The notes: generated by a model from the sequence alone, not told the origin. A stretch of DNA of 54,968 bases from Bacilli bacterium (GCA_045535005.1 JAZSKU010000047.1:1-54968); one strand, 5' to 3'; counted from the stretch's first letter, positions 36,578 through 46,312 are shown. Numbers and translations are program-made.

Positions 36578-36910
36578 TAGTGATACTGCTTTTGTATAAG
36601 TTCTTGTAAGAGGTCCACTTCCTAAAAGAGTTCCTCCAAAATATCTTATTACTACAAAAAGTGTGTTATTTAAATTCTTTAATTTTATAATATCTAAAAG
36701 ACCTCTAGTAGTACCTGTTGGTTCTTTATCAGAATGACTTTTTTCTTTAGAATCTATTTTGTAGGCATATACTATATGTCTACATTTTTTATGTTCTATT
36801 TTTAAATCATTTATTATTTTATCTACTTCTTCTTCAGATGTAACTTCATACATAAGACCGATAAATTTTGATTTTTTAACTTCAATATAACTTTCATTTA
36901 ACTTTTTCAT
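36563..36910 (-). CDS. IMPACT/YigZ family protein (UPF0029 N-terminal domain only)
   Basis: KKSKFIGL..., RHIVYAY, SDKEPTGTTRG, VVIRYFGGTLLGSGPLTRTY. At 115 aa it lacks the usual C-terminal domain. Confidence 0.7.
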   Translation of the reverse strand: MKKLNESYIEVKKSKFIGLMYEVTSEEEVDKIINDLKIEHKKCRHIVYAYKIDSKEKSHSDKEPTGTTRGLLDIIKLKNLNNTLFVVIRYFGGTLLGSGPLTRTYTKAVSLLVKE

Positions 36911-36983
36911 ATTTTGATTATATAATATTTTATATTTTTTTGAAAGTTTTATTTTGATATAATATGTTTGTGAGGTGAAGTTT

Positions 36984-38753
36984 ATGTTTAGTAAAGAATT
37001 ATCTAATGTACCTAAATTAAGTGGTTGTTACTTAATGTATAATAAAGATAATATTGTTATTTATGTAGGTAAAGCTAAGAATTTATATAATAGACTTCAT
37101 AGTTATTTTAATAGAGAACACACTGGTAAAACTAAAAAGTTAGTTAGTGAGATTAATCGTTTTGAATATATTGTTACGAATAGTGAAACAGAAGCTTTTA
37201 TTTTAGAAATTAATTTAATTAAAAAGTATGATCCTAAATATAATATATTACTTCGTGATGACAAGAGTTATCCATATATTGAACTTACTAATGATAAGTA
37301 TCCAGTTTTAAGAGTAAAACGTGAAATTAATATTAATAAGAAACATAGTAATTTATTTGGACCTTATCCTAATGTATATGCAGCTAGAAGACTTGTTAAT
37401 TTAATTAATAGATTATATCCATTAAAGAAATGTGATGTTATGCCTAAAAAAGTATGTTTATATTATCATATTGGTGAATGTATGGGATACTGTGAACATA
37501 AGGATGCTGATACATCATTTAAAGAGGATATTCTAAGTATATTAAATGGTAATGATAAATTATTAATTGATAAAATTAATGAGAAAATTGAAGCTAATTC
37601 TAAGGTATTAAATTATGAAGTATGTAAAGAATTAGTTGATGAACTTGGTTATATTAAAACTATATTTGATAGTCAAAATATTGTAGAGTTATCTGATAAT
37701 AAGAATAGAGATATTATTAATTATCATTATGAAAATTCTTATTTAAGTATTGTTATATTTTTTATACGTAATGGTAAACTTGTAGGTAATCATTATAAAA
37801 TGATACCTGTTATTAATGATATAAATGAAACTTTAGAATATTTTATAGTTAATTTTTATAGTAAGAAGAATATTGCTCCTAAAGAGGTAATTGTTCCAAC
37901 TGACTTAAATATTGAATTATTAAGTGAAGTTATTAATACTAGTGTTATTAGTGTGTTTAGAGGAGAGAAAAAGAAACTATTTGATATGGCTTATAACAAT
38001 GCTAAGACTCAATATGAAAAAGAAATTAAGTTAATATATTCTAATGAAGAACTTACTTTTGAAGCTAATGAAGAATTAAGAAAGTTATTAAATTTAGATA
38101 AATTAAGTATTATTGAAGCTTTTGATAATTCTAATTTATTTGGTACTTATAGTGTATCTGGTATGGTATCTTTTATAGATGGTGTTCCATCATATAAGAA
38201 TTATCGTAAGTTTAAATTATCTTTTGAAAAGAATGATGATGTTCTTAGTATGAAGGAAGTTATATATAGACGTTATTTTAGGGTTTTACACGATAATTTA
38301 GTTAAACCTGATTTAATTATAGTAGATGGTGGGATTAATCAAATTAATGCATGTAAAAGTGTGTTAAATGACTTATATTTAGATATAAAAGTTATTGGTG
38401 TTAAGAAAGATAATCATCATAGTCCTACTGCTATAGTAGATGGAGATACTTTTAATGAAATATCTATTGATAAAAAGTCTAATGTGTTTAGATTATTATC
38501 TAGAATAGATGAAGAAGTACATAGATTTACTATTAATTATCACAAAGAAATTAGAAGTAAAGGATCTATTCAAAGTATCTTAGATAATATTGAAGGAATA
38601 GGTAGTGTAAGACGTAAAAAATTAATTAAGAAATATGGTAGTGTCTCTAAAATGAGTAATGCTTCTATTGAAGAATTAAGTGAGGTATTACCGGAAAAAA
38701 TAGCAATTGAATTAAAAAATTATTTAGAAGCTTTTTTAGAAGATAAAAAATAA
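36984..38753 (+). CDS. uvrC: Excinuclease ABC subunit C
   Basis: GIY-YIG start GCYLMYNKDNIVIYVGKAKNLYNRLHSYF, UvrBC-interaction region, C-terminal HhH (GIGSVRRKKLIKKYGS). Start set to the ATG at 36984. Confidence 0.95.
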   Translation: MFSKELSNVPKLSGCYLMYNKDNIVIYVGKAKNLYNRLHSYFNREHTGKTKKLVSEINRFEYIVTNSETEAFILEINLIKKYDPKYNILLRDDKSYPYIELTNDKYPVLRVKREININKKHSNLFGPYPNVYAARRLVNLINRLYPLKKCDVMPKKVCLYYHIGECMGYCEHKDADTSFKEDILSILNGNDKLLIDKINEKIEANSKVLNYEVCKELVDELGYIKTIFDSQNIVELSDNKNRDIINYHYENSYLSIVIFFIRNGKLVGNHYKMIPVINDINETLEYFIVNFYSKKNIAPKEVIVPTDLNIELLSEVINTSVISVFRGEKKKLFDMAYNNAKTQYEKEIKLIYSNEELTFEANEELRKLLNLDKLSIIEAFDNSNLFGTYSVSGMVSFIDGVPSYKNYRKFKLSFEKNDDVLSMKEVIYRRYFRVLHDNLVKPDLIIVDGGINQINACKSVLNDLYLDIKVIGVKKDNHHSPTAIVDGDTFNEISIDKKSNVFRLLSRIDEEVHRFTINYHKEIRSKGSIQSILDNIEGIGSVRRKKLIKKYGSVSKMSNASIEELSEVLPEKIAIELKNYLEAFLEDKK

Positions 38754-38810
38754 TTGTTTTATTAATAAAACTATGTAATAATAAAAAGTAATATTTAAAA
38801 GGAGAAATTT

Positions 38811-39545
38811 ATGAGTGAATATGAAAGACTTCTTAATGAAGTATATGATTATTTAAGTTATCCTAATGTTATATATAATGAAGATATTATTAGTGTATAT
38901 GACTACTGTAGAATACTTAATAATGCGCTTCTAAATGTAAGATGCGCTAAATCATTAGATAGTCTAAAAAGAAAATTAAATCGTTTATATCCTCTTATGT
39001 TAAGACGTGATAATAAAAGAAGTGTAGGTACTGATATAGTAACAGAAGTTACTTTAATTAGGGGAGTAAACGCTAGTAAGATTAAAATAGTTAGAAATAT
39101 ATCTGGTGAAGGAGAATATGTTTCTTATATATGTAGAGATAATGATAGTGATGAACTTTATTTAGAAGGGGATTATCTAGAAGAAGAGATTTTTAATAAA
39201 TATAGAAAAGAATTTAGTCTTGAGATGGATAGACTTGAAGATATAAATGTTGAAAGTATAACATTTCCTGAAGAAACATTTACTGATGGAGTAGTTACTA
39301 TTAAAGTAACATTTGATGAATTTAGTGGAGTTAGTACTTTAGTTACATTAAATAGTGATAAAAATAGTACTGTAGATAAAGAATACTTATCTAAAGATAG
39401 TATTAGAAGTATATTAGATAGTCATAATGAATCTATCTTAAAGAAGATGAGAGTAGTTGTTAAAGATTTAAATCCTGATGCTTATAGTTATGTTGATAAA
39501 GCTTTAGGTAAAAAGGAAGTTTTAAGACTTATTAGAAGTTATTAG
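38811..39545 (+). CDS. Hypothetical protein (244 aa)
   Basis: Strong RBS AAAGGAGAAATTTATG. I recognised no motif. Confidence 0.55.
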   Translation: MSEYERLLNEVYDYLSYPNVIYNEDIISVYDYCRILNNALLNVRCAKSLDSLKRKLNRLYPLMLRRDNKRSVGTDIVTEVTLIRGVNASKIKIVRNISGEGEYVSYICRDNDSDELYLEGDYLEEEIFNKYRKEFSLEMDRLEDINVESITFPEETFTDGVVTIKVTFDEFSGVSTLVTLNSDKNSTVDKEYLSKDSIRSILDSHNESILKKMRVVVKDLNPDAYSYVDKALGKKEVLRLIRSY

Positions 39546-39597
39546 TGTTTAAATTAATTTAATTTTAAAGTATAATATTTATAAAGGAGAATTAAGT

Positions 39598-40884
39598 ATG
39601 AAGAGAATATCACTTTTTCCTGCTGATATATATCAAGTAATAGATAAAAGTTTATTTAGTGAACAAGATAAATTAGTACTAAATATGCTTTATATGCCTA
39701 TTATTGGTTCTATCGCAGTTAGTTTATATATGAAACTTCAAACTGAAGTTAATAGTGGATATGTATCACATGAACTTTCTCATCATCACTTAATGACTAG
39801 TTTGGGTACTTCTTTAGATAATATTAAAGAAGCTAGAATTAGACTTGAAGGTATTGGACTTTTAAAAACATATTATTTAGAAGGGGATGTTAATTCATAT
39901 GTATATGAATTATATAGTCCAGTTAGTGCTTCTGAATTTTTTAGTCATCCAATATTTAATGTTGTTTTATATAATAATGTAGGTAAAAGTGAATATAATA
40001 GACTTTATGATACTTTTAAGTTACCTAGTATATCTTTAAGAGATTATGAAGATATAACAACTCCTTTTGATAAAGTTTATAAAAGTAGAAATTATACTGA
40101 ACTTGAAGTTAATGAGGGAGAAGTTATTTCTAAAAATAAACTTATGCTTAAGTATGAACTTGATTTTGACTTTGATTTACTTATTAATTCTATACCTAAA
40201 GAGATGTTTAATACTAAGTGTTTAAATAAATCTATGAGAGAACTTATTACTCATTTATCATTTTTATATGAAGTTGATCCAGTTACGATGGCTGATTTAA
40301 TTCGTGCTTCATTAAATGAAAAAGGTAATATTGACAAAGAAGAATTAAGAAAGAATGTTAGAAAGTTCTATCAAATTAATAATGATAATAGACTTCCTAG
40401 TTTATTATTTAAAAGTCAACCTGAATATTTAAGAAATGCTCAAGGTGATAATACTAAGAAGGGTAGAATTATTAAAGTATTTGAAAGTTATAGCCCATAT
40501 GAATTTTTAAAAGCTAAATATAAAGGTACTAAACCTACTGATAGAGATATGAAGATTTTAGAAATGTTACTTATAGATCTTAAACTTAATCCTGCGGTAG
40601 TTAATGTACTTATTGATTACGCACTTAGAACAAATAATAATAAATTAGTTAAAGGTTATGTTGAAACTATAGCTGGTCAATGGAAGAGAAGTGGAATAGA
40701 AACTGCTAGTGAAGCTATGGGCATAGCTGAAAAAGAACATAAAAAGAGAAATAAAGAGAAAACAAGTAAAAAGTCAGCTGTTGTGCCATCTTGGTTTAAT
40801 GAGAAAATTGAATCAAATGATAATAATGAAGATGAAATGATAGAATTTAAGAGTTTTATAGAGGAGTTAAGAAATGATAAATAG
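39598..40884 (+). CDS. dnaB: Replication initiation and membrane attachment protein (Firmicute DnaB, DnaD-like domains)
   Basis: The position directly upstream of dnaI matches the Bacillus dnaB-dnaI-thrS order. C-terminal DnaD-like region LIDYALRTNNNKLVKGYVETIAGQWKRSGI. Confidence 0.7.
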   Translation: MKRISLFPADIYQVIDKSLFSEQDKLVLNMLYMPIIGSIAVSLYMKLQTEVNSGYVSHELSHHHLMTSLGTSLDNIKEARIRLEGIGLLKTYYLEGDVNSYVYELYSPVSASEFFSHPIFNVVLYNNVGKSEYNRLYDTFKLPSISLRDYEDITTPFDKVYKSRNYTELEVNEGEVISKNKLMLKYELDFDFDLLINSIPKEMFNTKCLNKSMRELITHLSFLYEVDPVTMADLIRASLNEKGNIDKEELRKNVRKFYQINNDNRLPSLLFKSQPEYLRNAQGDNTKKGRIIKVFESYSPYEFLKAKYKGTKPTDRDMKILEMLLIDLKLNPAVVNVLIDYALRTNNNKLVKGYVETIAGQWKRSGIETASEAMGIAEKEHKKRNKEKTSKKSAVVPSWFNEKIESNDNNEDEMIEFKSFIEELRNDK

Positions 40885-41779
40885 TAGTACAAGTGTTAAA
40901 AAAGGTAGAAAAGCTATTAAAGATGACTTAAGAAGAGAATATATTCTTGCTTCTTCTGATGAAACTTTCTCTAAAGTATGTTCTAGACTTAAATTAGATG
41001 ATGAAATATTAATGAAATATACATCTAAATTAGAAGTTACTGCATGCGAGTTAAAAAATTGTTCTAAATGTAAAGGTCTTGATAAATGTAAAAATGAAAT
41101 AGAAGGTCATGTATATTATCCAGTAAATAATAATACTTTTATTGATTTTATATATAAACCTTGTAAATATTTTAAAACTGAAACAGAAAAGAAAAATAAT
41201 ACTACATTCTTTGAAACACCTAAGATATTAATGAATGCATCTTTGAGTGACGTAATCTTAGAAAAAGAAAGAAATAAGATATTAAAATATATAAAAGAAT
41301 TCTTAAAGAAGAAACTTAATAATGAAAGTGTTAAAGGTATGTATTTAAGTGGTTCTTTTGGAAGTGGTAAAAGTTATATAGTCAGTGCTTTATTAAATGA
41401 ACTATCTAATAAAGGATTTAGAACTGTTAATGTGTATTATCCATCTTTATTAAAGAGATTAAAAGCTAGTTTTAATGATTATAATTATGATGAAGTACTT
41501 GATGAAATAATGACATGTGATGTGTTATTAATAGATGATATAGGTGCTGAAAATAACAGTAGTTGGGCAAGAGATGAAGTTCTTGGAACTATACTTCAAC
41601 ATAGAATGGATAATGACTTAACTACATTCTTTACATCTAATTTTTCTATTGAAGAGTTAGAAAATGTTCTTGCTGAAACTTCTAAAGGAAGTGATATTAT
41701 TAAAGCAAGAAGAATTATTGAAAGAATTAAGTATTTAACTGTTGAAGAAGCACTTATAAGTAGTAATAAAAGAAAGTAA
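40874..41779 (+). CDS. dnaI: Primosomal helicase loader DnaI
   Basis: N-terminal Cys cluster CSKCKGLDKC, Walker A GSFGSGKSY, Walker B LLIDDIGAE. Confidence 0.9.
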   Translation: MINSSTSVKKGRKAIKDDLRREYILASSDETFSKVCSRLKLDDEILMKYTSKLEVTACELKNCSKCKGLDKCKNEIEGHVYYPVNNNTFIDFIYKPCKYFKTETEKKNNTTFFETPKILMNASLSDVILEKERNKILKYIKEFLKKKLNNESVKGMYLSGSFGSGKSYIVSALLNELSNKGFRTVNVYYPSLLKRLKASFNDYNYDEVLDEIMTCDVLLIDDIGAENNSSWARDEVLGTILQHRMDNDLTTFFTSNFSIEELENVLAETSKGSDIIKARRIIERIKYLTVEEALISSNKRK

Positions 41780-41781
41780 TT

Positions 41782-41810
41782 TTGACAATAGTTTTATATT
41801 ATGCTATAAT
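41782..41810 (+). promoter_or_regulatory. Consensus sigma-A promoter (upstream copy of a duplicated promoter/5' end)
   Basis: TTGACA, 17 nt (ending TGC), TATAAT. Confidence 0.65.
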
Positions 41811-41838
41811 ATGCGAGGTTTTCAAGGGGGAAAATTTC

Positions 41839-41907
41839 ATGCTAACGATAGCATATATATTATATAATTTAATTAAAAATGGTAAAAAAACGAAAGTAAT
41901 TTCGTAA
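41839..41907 (+). other. 22-codon mini-ORF (MLTIAYILYNLIKNGKKTKVIS) that duplicates the 5' end of the downstream gene. Leader peptide or relic.
   Basis: RBS AAGGGGGA. Starts MLT like the ORF at 41980. Followed by an ACGAAA/TTTCGT hairpin. Confidence 0.35.
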
Positions 41908-41923
41908 TTTTCAAGGCTAAAGT

Positions 41924-41952
41924 TTGACAATTTGGTCTTTTTTTGTTATAAT
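41924..41952 (+). promoter_or_regulatory. Consensus sigma-A promoter (downstream copy)
   Basis: TTGACA, 17 nt, TATAAT. Confidence 0.65.
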
Positions 41953-41979
41953 ATGTGCATTATTAAGGGGGAGTAGGAT

Positions 41980-42651
41980 ATGTTAACGAATATTATTTTA
42001 GTTTATATAATTACTCAATTAATATCTACTGCATATGGTCTTGCTGTTATAGGAAGCGTTAAACCTTTAGTTGAAGAAAGATTAAGAGATAAAGGTTACG
42101 TTTTAAAAAACAGAAATAGTCTATATAAGTTTAATGAAGGTCTTGCTGATTTCTTTAGAGCATTCATTCCTTTTTACTATGCTATAAAAGCCACTATGCT
42201 AGTAAGAGGTAAGAATCCTATTCAAAGAGCTGTTGATGAAGAAATTATAAATGGTGAATATATAACTCGTGATGAACAACTTGCTTTATTTGAAGCTGAA
42301 GAAGCTAAGAAATCTAGTGTTACTATGAATTTAGAACCAGAGATAATATTTGAGAAACCTGAAAAGTATACTGCTAGACGTAATGATTATACTTTATATG
42401 ATGCTTATGAAACACCAATTGAATATATTACACGTGAAGCATCAGTAGAAAATGAACTTGAGATTACACCTTATGCTAAAGCACCTGAAGTTAAACCTCA
42501 AGTAGTTAAAGAAAGTGTTACTAATAGTGATATTGCTAAAGCTATTTCAGAACTTGCACCTGATCAATTAGAAGCTTTAGAAACTAAGGTAAGAACTTTA
42601 GCATTATTAAAGAGAAGAAACACTTCAATGTATCAAAAGGATGTTGCATAA
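41980..42651 (+). CDS. Hypothetical membrane-anchored protein (223 aa)
   Basis: RBS AAGGGGGAG. N-terminal TM helix. Acidic/Lys-rich C-terminal region. Confidence 0.55.
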   Translation: MLTNIILVYIITQLISTAYGLAVIGSVKPLVEERLRDKGYVLKNRNSLYKFNEGLADFFRAFIPFYYAIKATMLVRGKNPIQRAVDEEIINGEYITRDEQLALFEAEEAKKSSVTMNLEPEIIFEKPEKYTARRNDYTLYDAYETPIEYITREASVENELEITPYAKAPEVKPQVVKESVTNSDIAKAISELAPDQLEALETKVRTLALLKRRNTSMYQKDVA

Positions 42652-42678
42652 TATAAATTTATATGTTAACATTTAATT

Positions 42679-42878
42679 ATTGAAATTAATTAATTGGACG
42701 AGATTATTAAATTATTTAGCAAAGAGAGTTAGTGGTTGGTGAGAACTAATGTAAATGTTTAATAGTTACTACCAGTTTTATGAGGTTAATAGCCTACGAG
42801 TTGTTTTCGTTACAAAACATATAAGTTAAATATAAGGATGGTACCGTCATTTATGACTCCTAAGTACTATCCTTTTTT
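42679..42878 (+). promoter_or_regulatory. T-box riboswitch leader (Thr specifier ACU/ACC)
   Basis: AAAGAGAGTTAGTGGTTGGTG stem-I motifs, GTTACTACCAG specifier candidates, T-box AAGGATGGTACCG. 11-bp terminator AAGGATGGTAC/GTACTATCCTT plus a 6-T run. Possible promoter TTGCAT, 17 nt, TAACAT at 42644-42672. Confidence 0.85.
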
Positions 42879-42900
42879 GTTTTATTTAGGGAGGTATTTT

Positions 42901-43356
42901 ATGAAAAACGCAATTAGCTTATCAAAATTTTTAGCAAGATTTGTAAATCTTGATGGTGTGGATTTATCTAAAGTCACGCATGAACAAGTAAAGGAATTAT
43001 TTCCATACTTAAAAAGAAGTTCATTTGATTATGTAGATAAACATCCGGAAGATGTATGTACTGGAAAAATTGTTATGGTAAGAGATCAATATCATACGAT
43101 ACCTTATTATGTACCTGAATATGATATGAGTATAGAAGAACCAATGGCTTTTGAAATGGAGTTTGAAGAAGCACCAGAAAGACCAGAAGAATATGATTAT
43201 GCTTCTATGACAGTATATGAATTAAAACAGTTATTAAATACGAAATTTAATACATATAAACAAAGTAGAGAAGCAAGACGTGAACTAGAAAGAAGAGGAG
43301 TAGTTCTTACAAGAAAATATAATAGAAGTAAAGATAATAAAATAATGGAGGGATAA
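42901..43356 (+). CDS. Hypothetical 152-aa protein encoded between the Thr T-box and thrS
   Basis: The ATG at 42901 lies 6 nt after AGGGAGG. The ORF-track start at 42838 lies inside the T-box terminator. Acidic middle and basic C-terminal helix. Confidence 0.6.
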   Translation: MKNAISLSKFLARFVNLDGVDLSKVTHEQVKELFPYLKRSSFDYVDKHPEDVCTGKIVMVRDQYHTIPYYVPEYDMSIEEPMAFEMEFEEAPERPEEYDYASMTVYELKQLLNTKFNTYKQSREARRELERRGVVLTRKYNRSKDNKIMEG

Positions 43357-43358
43357 AA

Positions 43359-45095
43359 ATGAAAGATATAAAAAATGATGAAAAATTAAATATGCTTAAT
43401 CATAGTTGTGCGCATTTACTTGCTCATGCTATTAAGCATTTATATCCAGAAGCAAAGTTCTGGGTAGGGCCTGTAGTAGAAGAAGGATTCTATTACGATA
43501 TAGATTTAGGTGATAAATCTTTAAATGAAGAAGATTTACCTAAAATTGAAAAAGAAATGAAAAAGATTTCTAAAGATAATAAATTAATTAAGAGAATGGA
43601 ATTATCTAAAGAAGAAGCATTAGAGATGTTTAAGGATGATGAATATAAATTAGACTTAATATCTAGAATGGATGAAAATGAAACAGTAATTAGTGCATAT
43701 AAACAAGAAGATTTTGTTGATTTATGTAGAGGACCTCATGTAAATTCTACTAAGGAACTTAAAAACTTTAAGTTATTAAAAGTTAGTGGAGCTTACTGGA
43801 AGGGGGATGCTAATAATAAGATGCTTCAAAGAATTTATGGTGTATGTTTTGAATCTCCTGAAGATTTAGAAAGTCATTTAGAATTCTTAGAAGAAGCTAA
43901 AAAGAGAGATCATAAAAAGTTAGGAAAAGAACTTGGGCTTTTCATGATGAGTGAGTTTGGACCAGGATTCCCATTCTTCTTAAATAACGGTATGATTTTA
44001 AGAAATGAACTTGAAAATTTCTGGTATGATGAACATAGAAAAGAAGGTTATGAGTTTATTAAGACTCCTATTATGTTAAATAGAGACCTTTGGGAGTTAT
44101 CAGGACACTGGAATAACTATAGAGAAAATATGTATGTTTCTGAAATAGATGAAAAAACATTTGCTATTAAACCAATGAACTGTCCAGGTGGTATGTTAGT
44201 TTATAAAAATGGACTTTATTCATATAAGAATTTACCACTTAGAGTTGGTGAACTTGGACAAGTACATAGACATGAAGCTAGTGGTGCTTTAAATGGTTTA
44301 TTTAGAGTTCGTACATTTACTCAAGATGATGCTCATATATTTATGACTCAAGAACAAATTGAAAGTGAAGTAGTTAGATTAATTAACTTTATAGATAGAG
44401 TATATTCTATATTTGGACTTTCTTATTCTATAGAATTATCTACTAGACCAGAAGAAAAATATATTGGAGATATTGAAATTTGGAATAAGAGTGAAGAAGC
44501 ACTTGAAAAAGCTTGTCATGCTGCAGGACATGAATGTAAGATTAATCCTGGAGATGGAGCTTTCTATGGACCTAAGTTAGACTTCCATATTAAAGATAGT
44601 TTAGGTCGTGTATGGCAATGTGGAACTATTCAACTTGATATGAATTTACCAGAAAGATTTGATCTTCATTATATAGATAGTGATGGTAGTAAAAAAAGAC
44701 CAGTTATGTTACATAGAGTAATATTTGGTTCTATCGAAAGATTCATTGGTATTTTAATTGAACATTATGCTGGAGCATTCCCATTATGGATTAATCCAAG
44801 ACAAGTAAATATTATTCCAGTTAATAATGAATATCACCTTGAATATGCAAATAAGATTAAAGAAGAATTAGATAAAAATAATATTAGAGTATCTTTAGAT
44901 GATAGAGAAGAAAAACTAGGTTATAAGATGAGAGAAAGTGTAATGAATAAAGTTAATTATACTTTAGTAATCGGAGATAAAGAAAGAGATAATAACTTAG
45001 TAAGTTATAGAGTTCGTGGTAGTGAAGAAACTAAGAGTGTATCACTTGATGAATTTATAGCTCTATTAAAAGAAGAAATTATGTTAAAGAAATAA
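43359..45095 (+). CDS. thrS: Threonyl-tRNA synthetase lacking the N-terminal TGS domain
   Basis: Begins at the N2/editing-domain motif HSCAHLLAHAIK. Class II motifs FRVRTFTQDDAHIF, GTIQLD. 578 aa. Confidence 0.95.
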   Translation: MKDIKNDEKLNMLNHSCAHLLAHAIKHLYPEAKFWVGPVVEEGFYYDIDLGDKSLNEEDLPKIEKEMKKISKDNKLIKRMELSKEEALEMFKDDEYKLDLISRMDENETVISAYKQEDFVDLCRGPHVNSTKELKNFKLLKVSGAYWKGDANNKMLQRIYGVCFESPEDLESHLEFLEEAKKRDHKKLGKELGLFMMSEFGPGFPFFLNNGMILRNELENFWYDEHRKEGYEFIKTPIMLNRDLWELSGHWNNYRENMYVSEIDEKTFAIKPMNCPGGMLVYKNGLYSYKNLPLRVGELGQVHRHEASGALNGLFRVRTFTQDDAHIFMTQEQIESEVVRLINFIDRVYSIFGLSYSIELSTRPEEKYIGDIEIWNKSEEALEKACHAAGHECKINPGDGAFYGPKLDFHIKDSLGRVWQCGTIQLDMNLPERFDLHYIDSDGSKKRPVMLHRVIFGSIERFIGILIEHYAGAFPLWINPRQVNIIPVNNEYHLEYANKIKEELDKNNIRVSLDDREEKLGYKMRESVMNKVNYTLVIGDKERDNNLVSYRVRGSEETKSVSLDEFIALLKEEIMLKK

Positions 45096-45118
45096 GTGTT
45101 TTATACACTTATTTTTTT
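45094..45118 (+). terminator. Rho-independent terminator after thrS
   Basis: AAGTGT/ACACTT stem plus a 7-T run. Confidence 0.7.
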
Positions 45119-45142
45119 GTTATAATTTAACTAGGTGATATT

Positions 45143-45538
45143 ATGATAATAATTTATAAAAATGAAAATGATTTTAAAAAGTGCGAAAGAGGAATTAAAA
45201 AATTTAGTATGATTTCATATAAAGCTTTAATGTTTGATATATATCCTAAATTAAGAAAGGGTGAGTTTGTAGGTGAAATTGTATCTAAAAATAATAATAG
45301 TGTTTCTTATAGTTTAAATTTACCTACTGATGACGTATTTTTTAAAGTTTATGGAGAAGTTAAATTAAATTATACTGTTGATTATGATGATGAAGTAGTT
45401 TGTTTAGATATGTTGGAACCATACGATGCATTACTTGATGGGCATATGCCTAAAATGCCTTATAGAGGAGTGATGGCTTCAAAAGGAGAAAATAATTCTC
45501 TCTTTAAAATTAATTTAATGGATAGATTAAATAAGTAA
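45143..45538 (+). CDS. Uncharacterised protein, paralog family member 1 (131 aa)
   Basis: Shares FKKCERxxKK...YPKLRxGEFVGE...KVYGEVKLNYTV...LEPxDxLLDGH with the ORFs at 47615 and 48098. Own TGTTATAAT extended -10 and AGGTGA RBS. Confidence 0.65.
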   Translation: MIIIYKNENDFKKCERGIKKFSMISYKALMFDIYPKLRKGEFVGEIVSKNNNSVSYSLNLPTDDVFFKVYGEVKLNYTVDYDDEVVCLDMLEPYDALLDGHMPKMPYRGVMASKGENNSLFKINLMDRLNK

Positions 45539-45599
45539 ATTTGACTTTAAAATAAAATGTGATATAATATAGCACGATTTATAGGGGGAATAATCAATA

Positions 45600-45839
45600 A
45601 TGGAAGAAGAATGTAATGGAATAATAGAGTTACTTCAATGTAGTGATACTTATAGGGAAACGTTTAATAATTTAAGTGATGAAGATAAAAGATTTTATAA
45701 AAATAGATATAAAACAAATATAACTATGTTAAGAAGTTTTATAGTAGATCATATTAAGAAAGAAGAAAGTATACCTATAGTAGATACAGGTATGTTATTA
45801 GTTAGAACACCAATTACTAATTGTACTTATTATTCTTAG
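45600..45839 (+). CDS. Hypothetical protein (79 aa)
   Basis: Promoter TTGACT...TATAAT at 45540-45570 and RBS AGGGGGA. Confidence 0.5.
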   Translation: MEEECNGIIELLQCSDTYRETFNNLSDEDKRFYKNRYKTNITMLRSFIVDHIKKEESIPIVDTGMLLVRTPITNCTYYS

Positions 45840-45891
45840 TTTATTGTAAAAGTAAATTAAAAATGTTATTCTTTTATTAGGAGGATAACTT

Positions 45892-46299
45892 ATGAATAAT
45901 AATTATGGTCCAGGGGATCCTAATTACAATCCAAGTATTTATAATAATAATCATTCTGGTAGTGGTTTTTTATGGATAGTTATTGGTTTTGCTTTTCCTT
46001 TTATAGGTTTAATATTATTTATAGTATGGAAAAATACTGATCCATTTAAATCTAAAAAAGTAGGTATTGGTGCTTTAGCAGGATTTATATTTGAAATGTT
46101 ATTGCCATTTATTGTATTTGCTTTATTTTATATATTTGGATGGAATCAAATACAAGAATCTGTGGTTGATCAAACTTGTAAAACTTATGGAAGTGAATAT
46201 AAGGCAGAATTAATAGATGAACATTGGTATTGTATTAATGAAACTACTGGTGAAAAAATAGATGCTGAAGGTAATATAGAAGAAGATGAATTAAAATAA
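45892..46299 (+). CDS. Hypothetical membrane protein (Asn/Pro-rich N-terminus, two or three TM helices, small C-terminal domain)
   Basis: RBS AGGAGGA. A terminator lies at the 3' end. Confidence 0.6.
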   Translation: MNNNYGPGDPNYNPSIYNNNHSGSGFLWIVIGFAFPFIGLILFIVWKNTDPFKSKKVGIGALAGFIFEMLLPFIVFALFYIFGWNQIQESVVDQTCKTYGSEYKAELIDEHWYCINETTGEKIDAEGNIEEDELK

Positions 46300-46312
46300 T
46301 TCATCTTTTTTT
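46284..46312 (+). terminator. Rho-independent terminator
   Basis: AGATGAATT/AATTCATCT stem plus a 7-T run. Confidence 0.7.

Noticed and set aside
42901-43356. Idea that the 152-aa ORF is the detached TGS domain of ThrRS
   Set aside because: The sequence shows none of the TGS beta-grasp hallmarks (no ITLPDGS…-like start, different length and composition). It is reported only as a co-regulated unknown.
45143-45538. Assigning the three paralogs to the RelE/ParE toxin superfamily
   Set aside because: I saw only a vague similarity in block order. There are no conserved catalytic residues I can point to and no adjacent antitoxin-sized gene. The family is left as uncharacterised.
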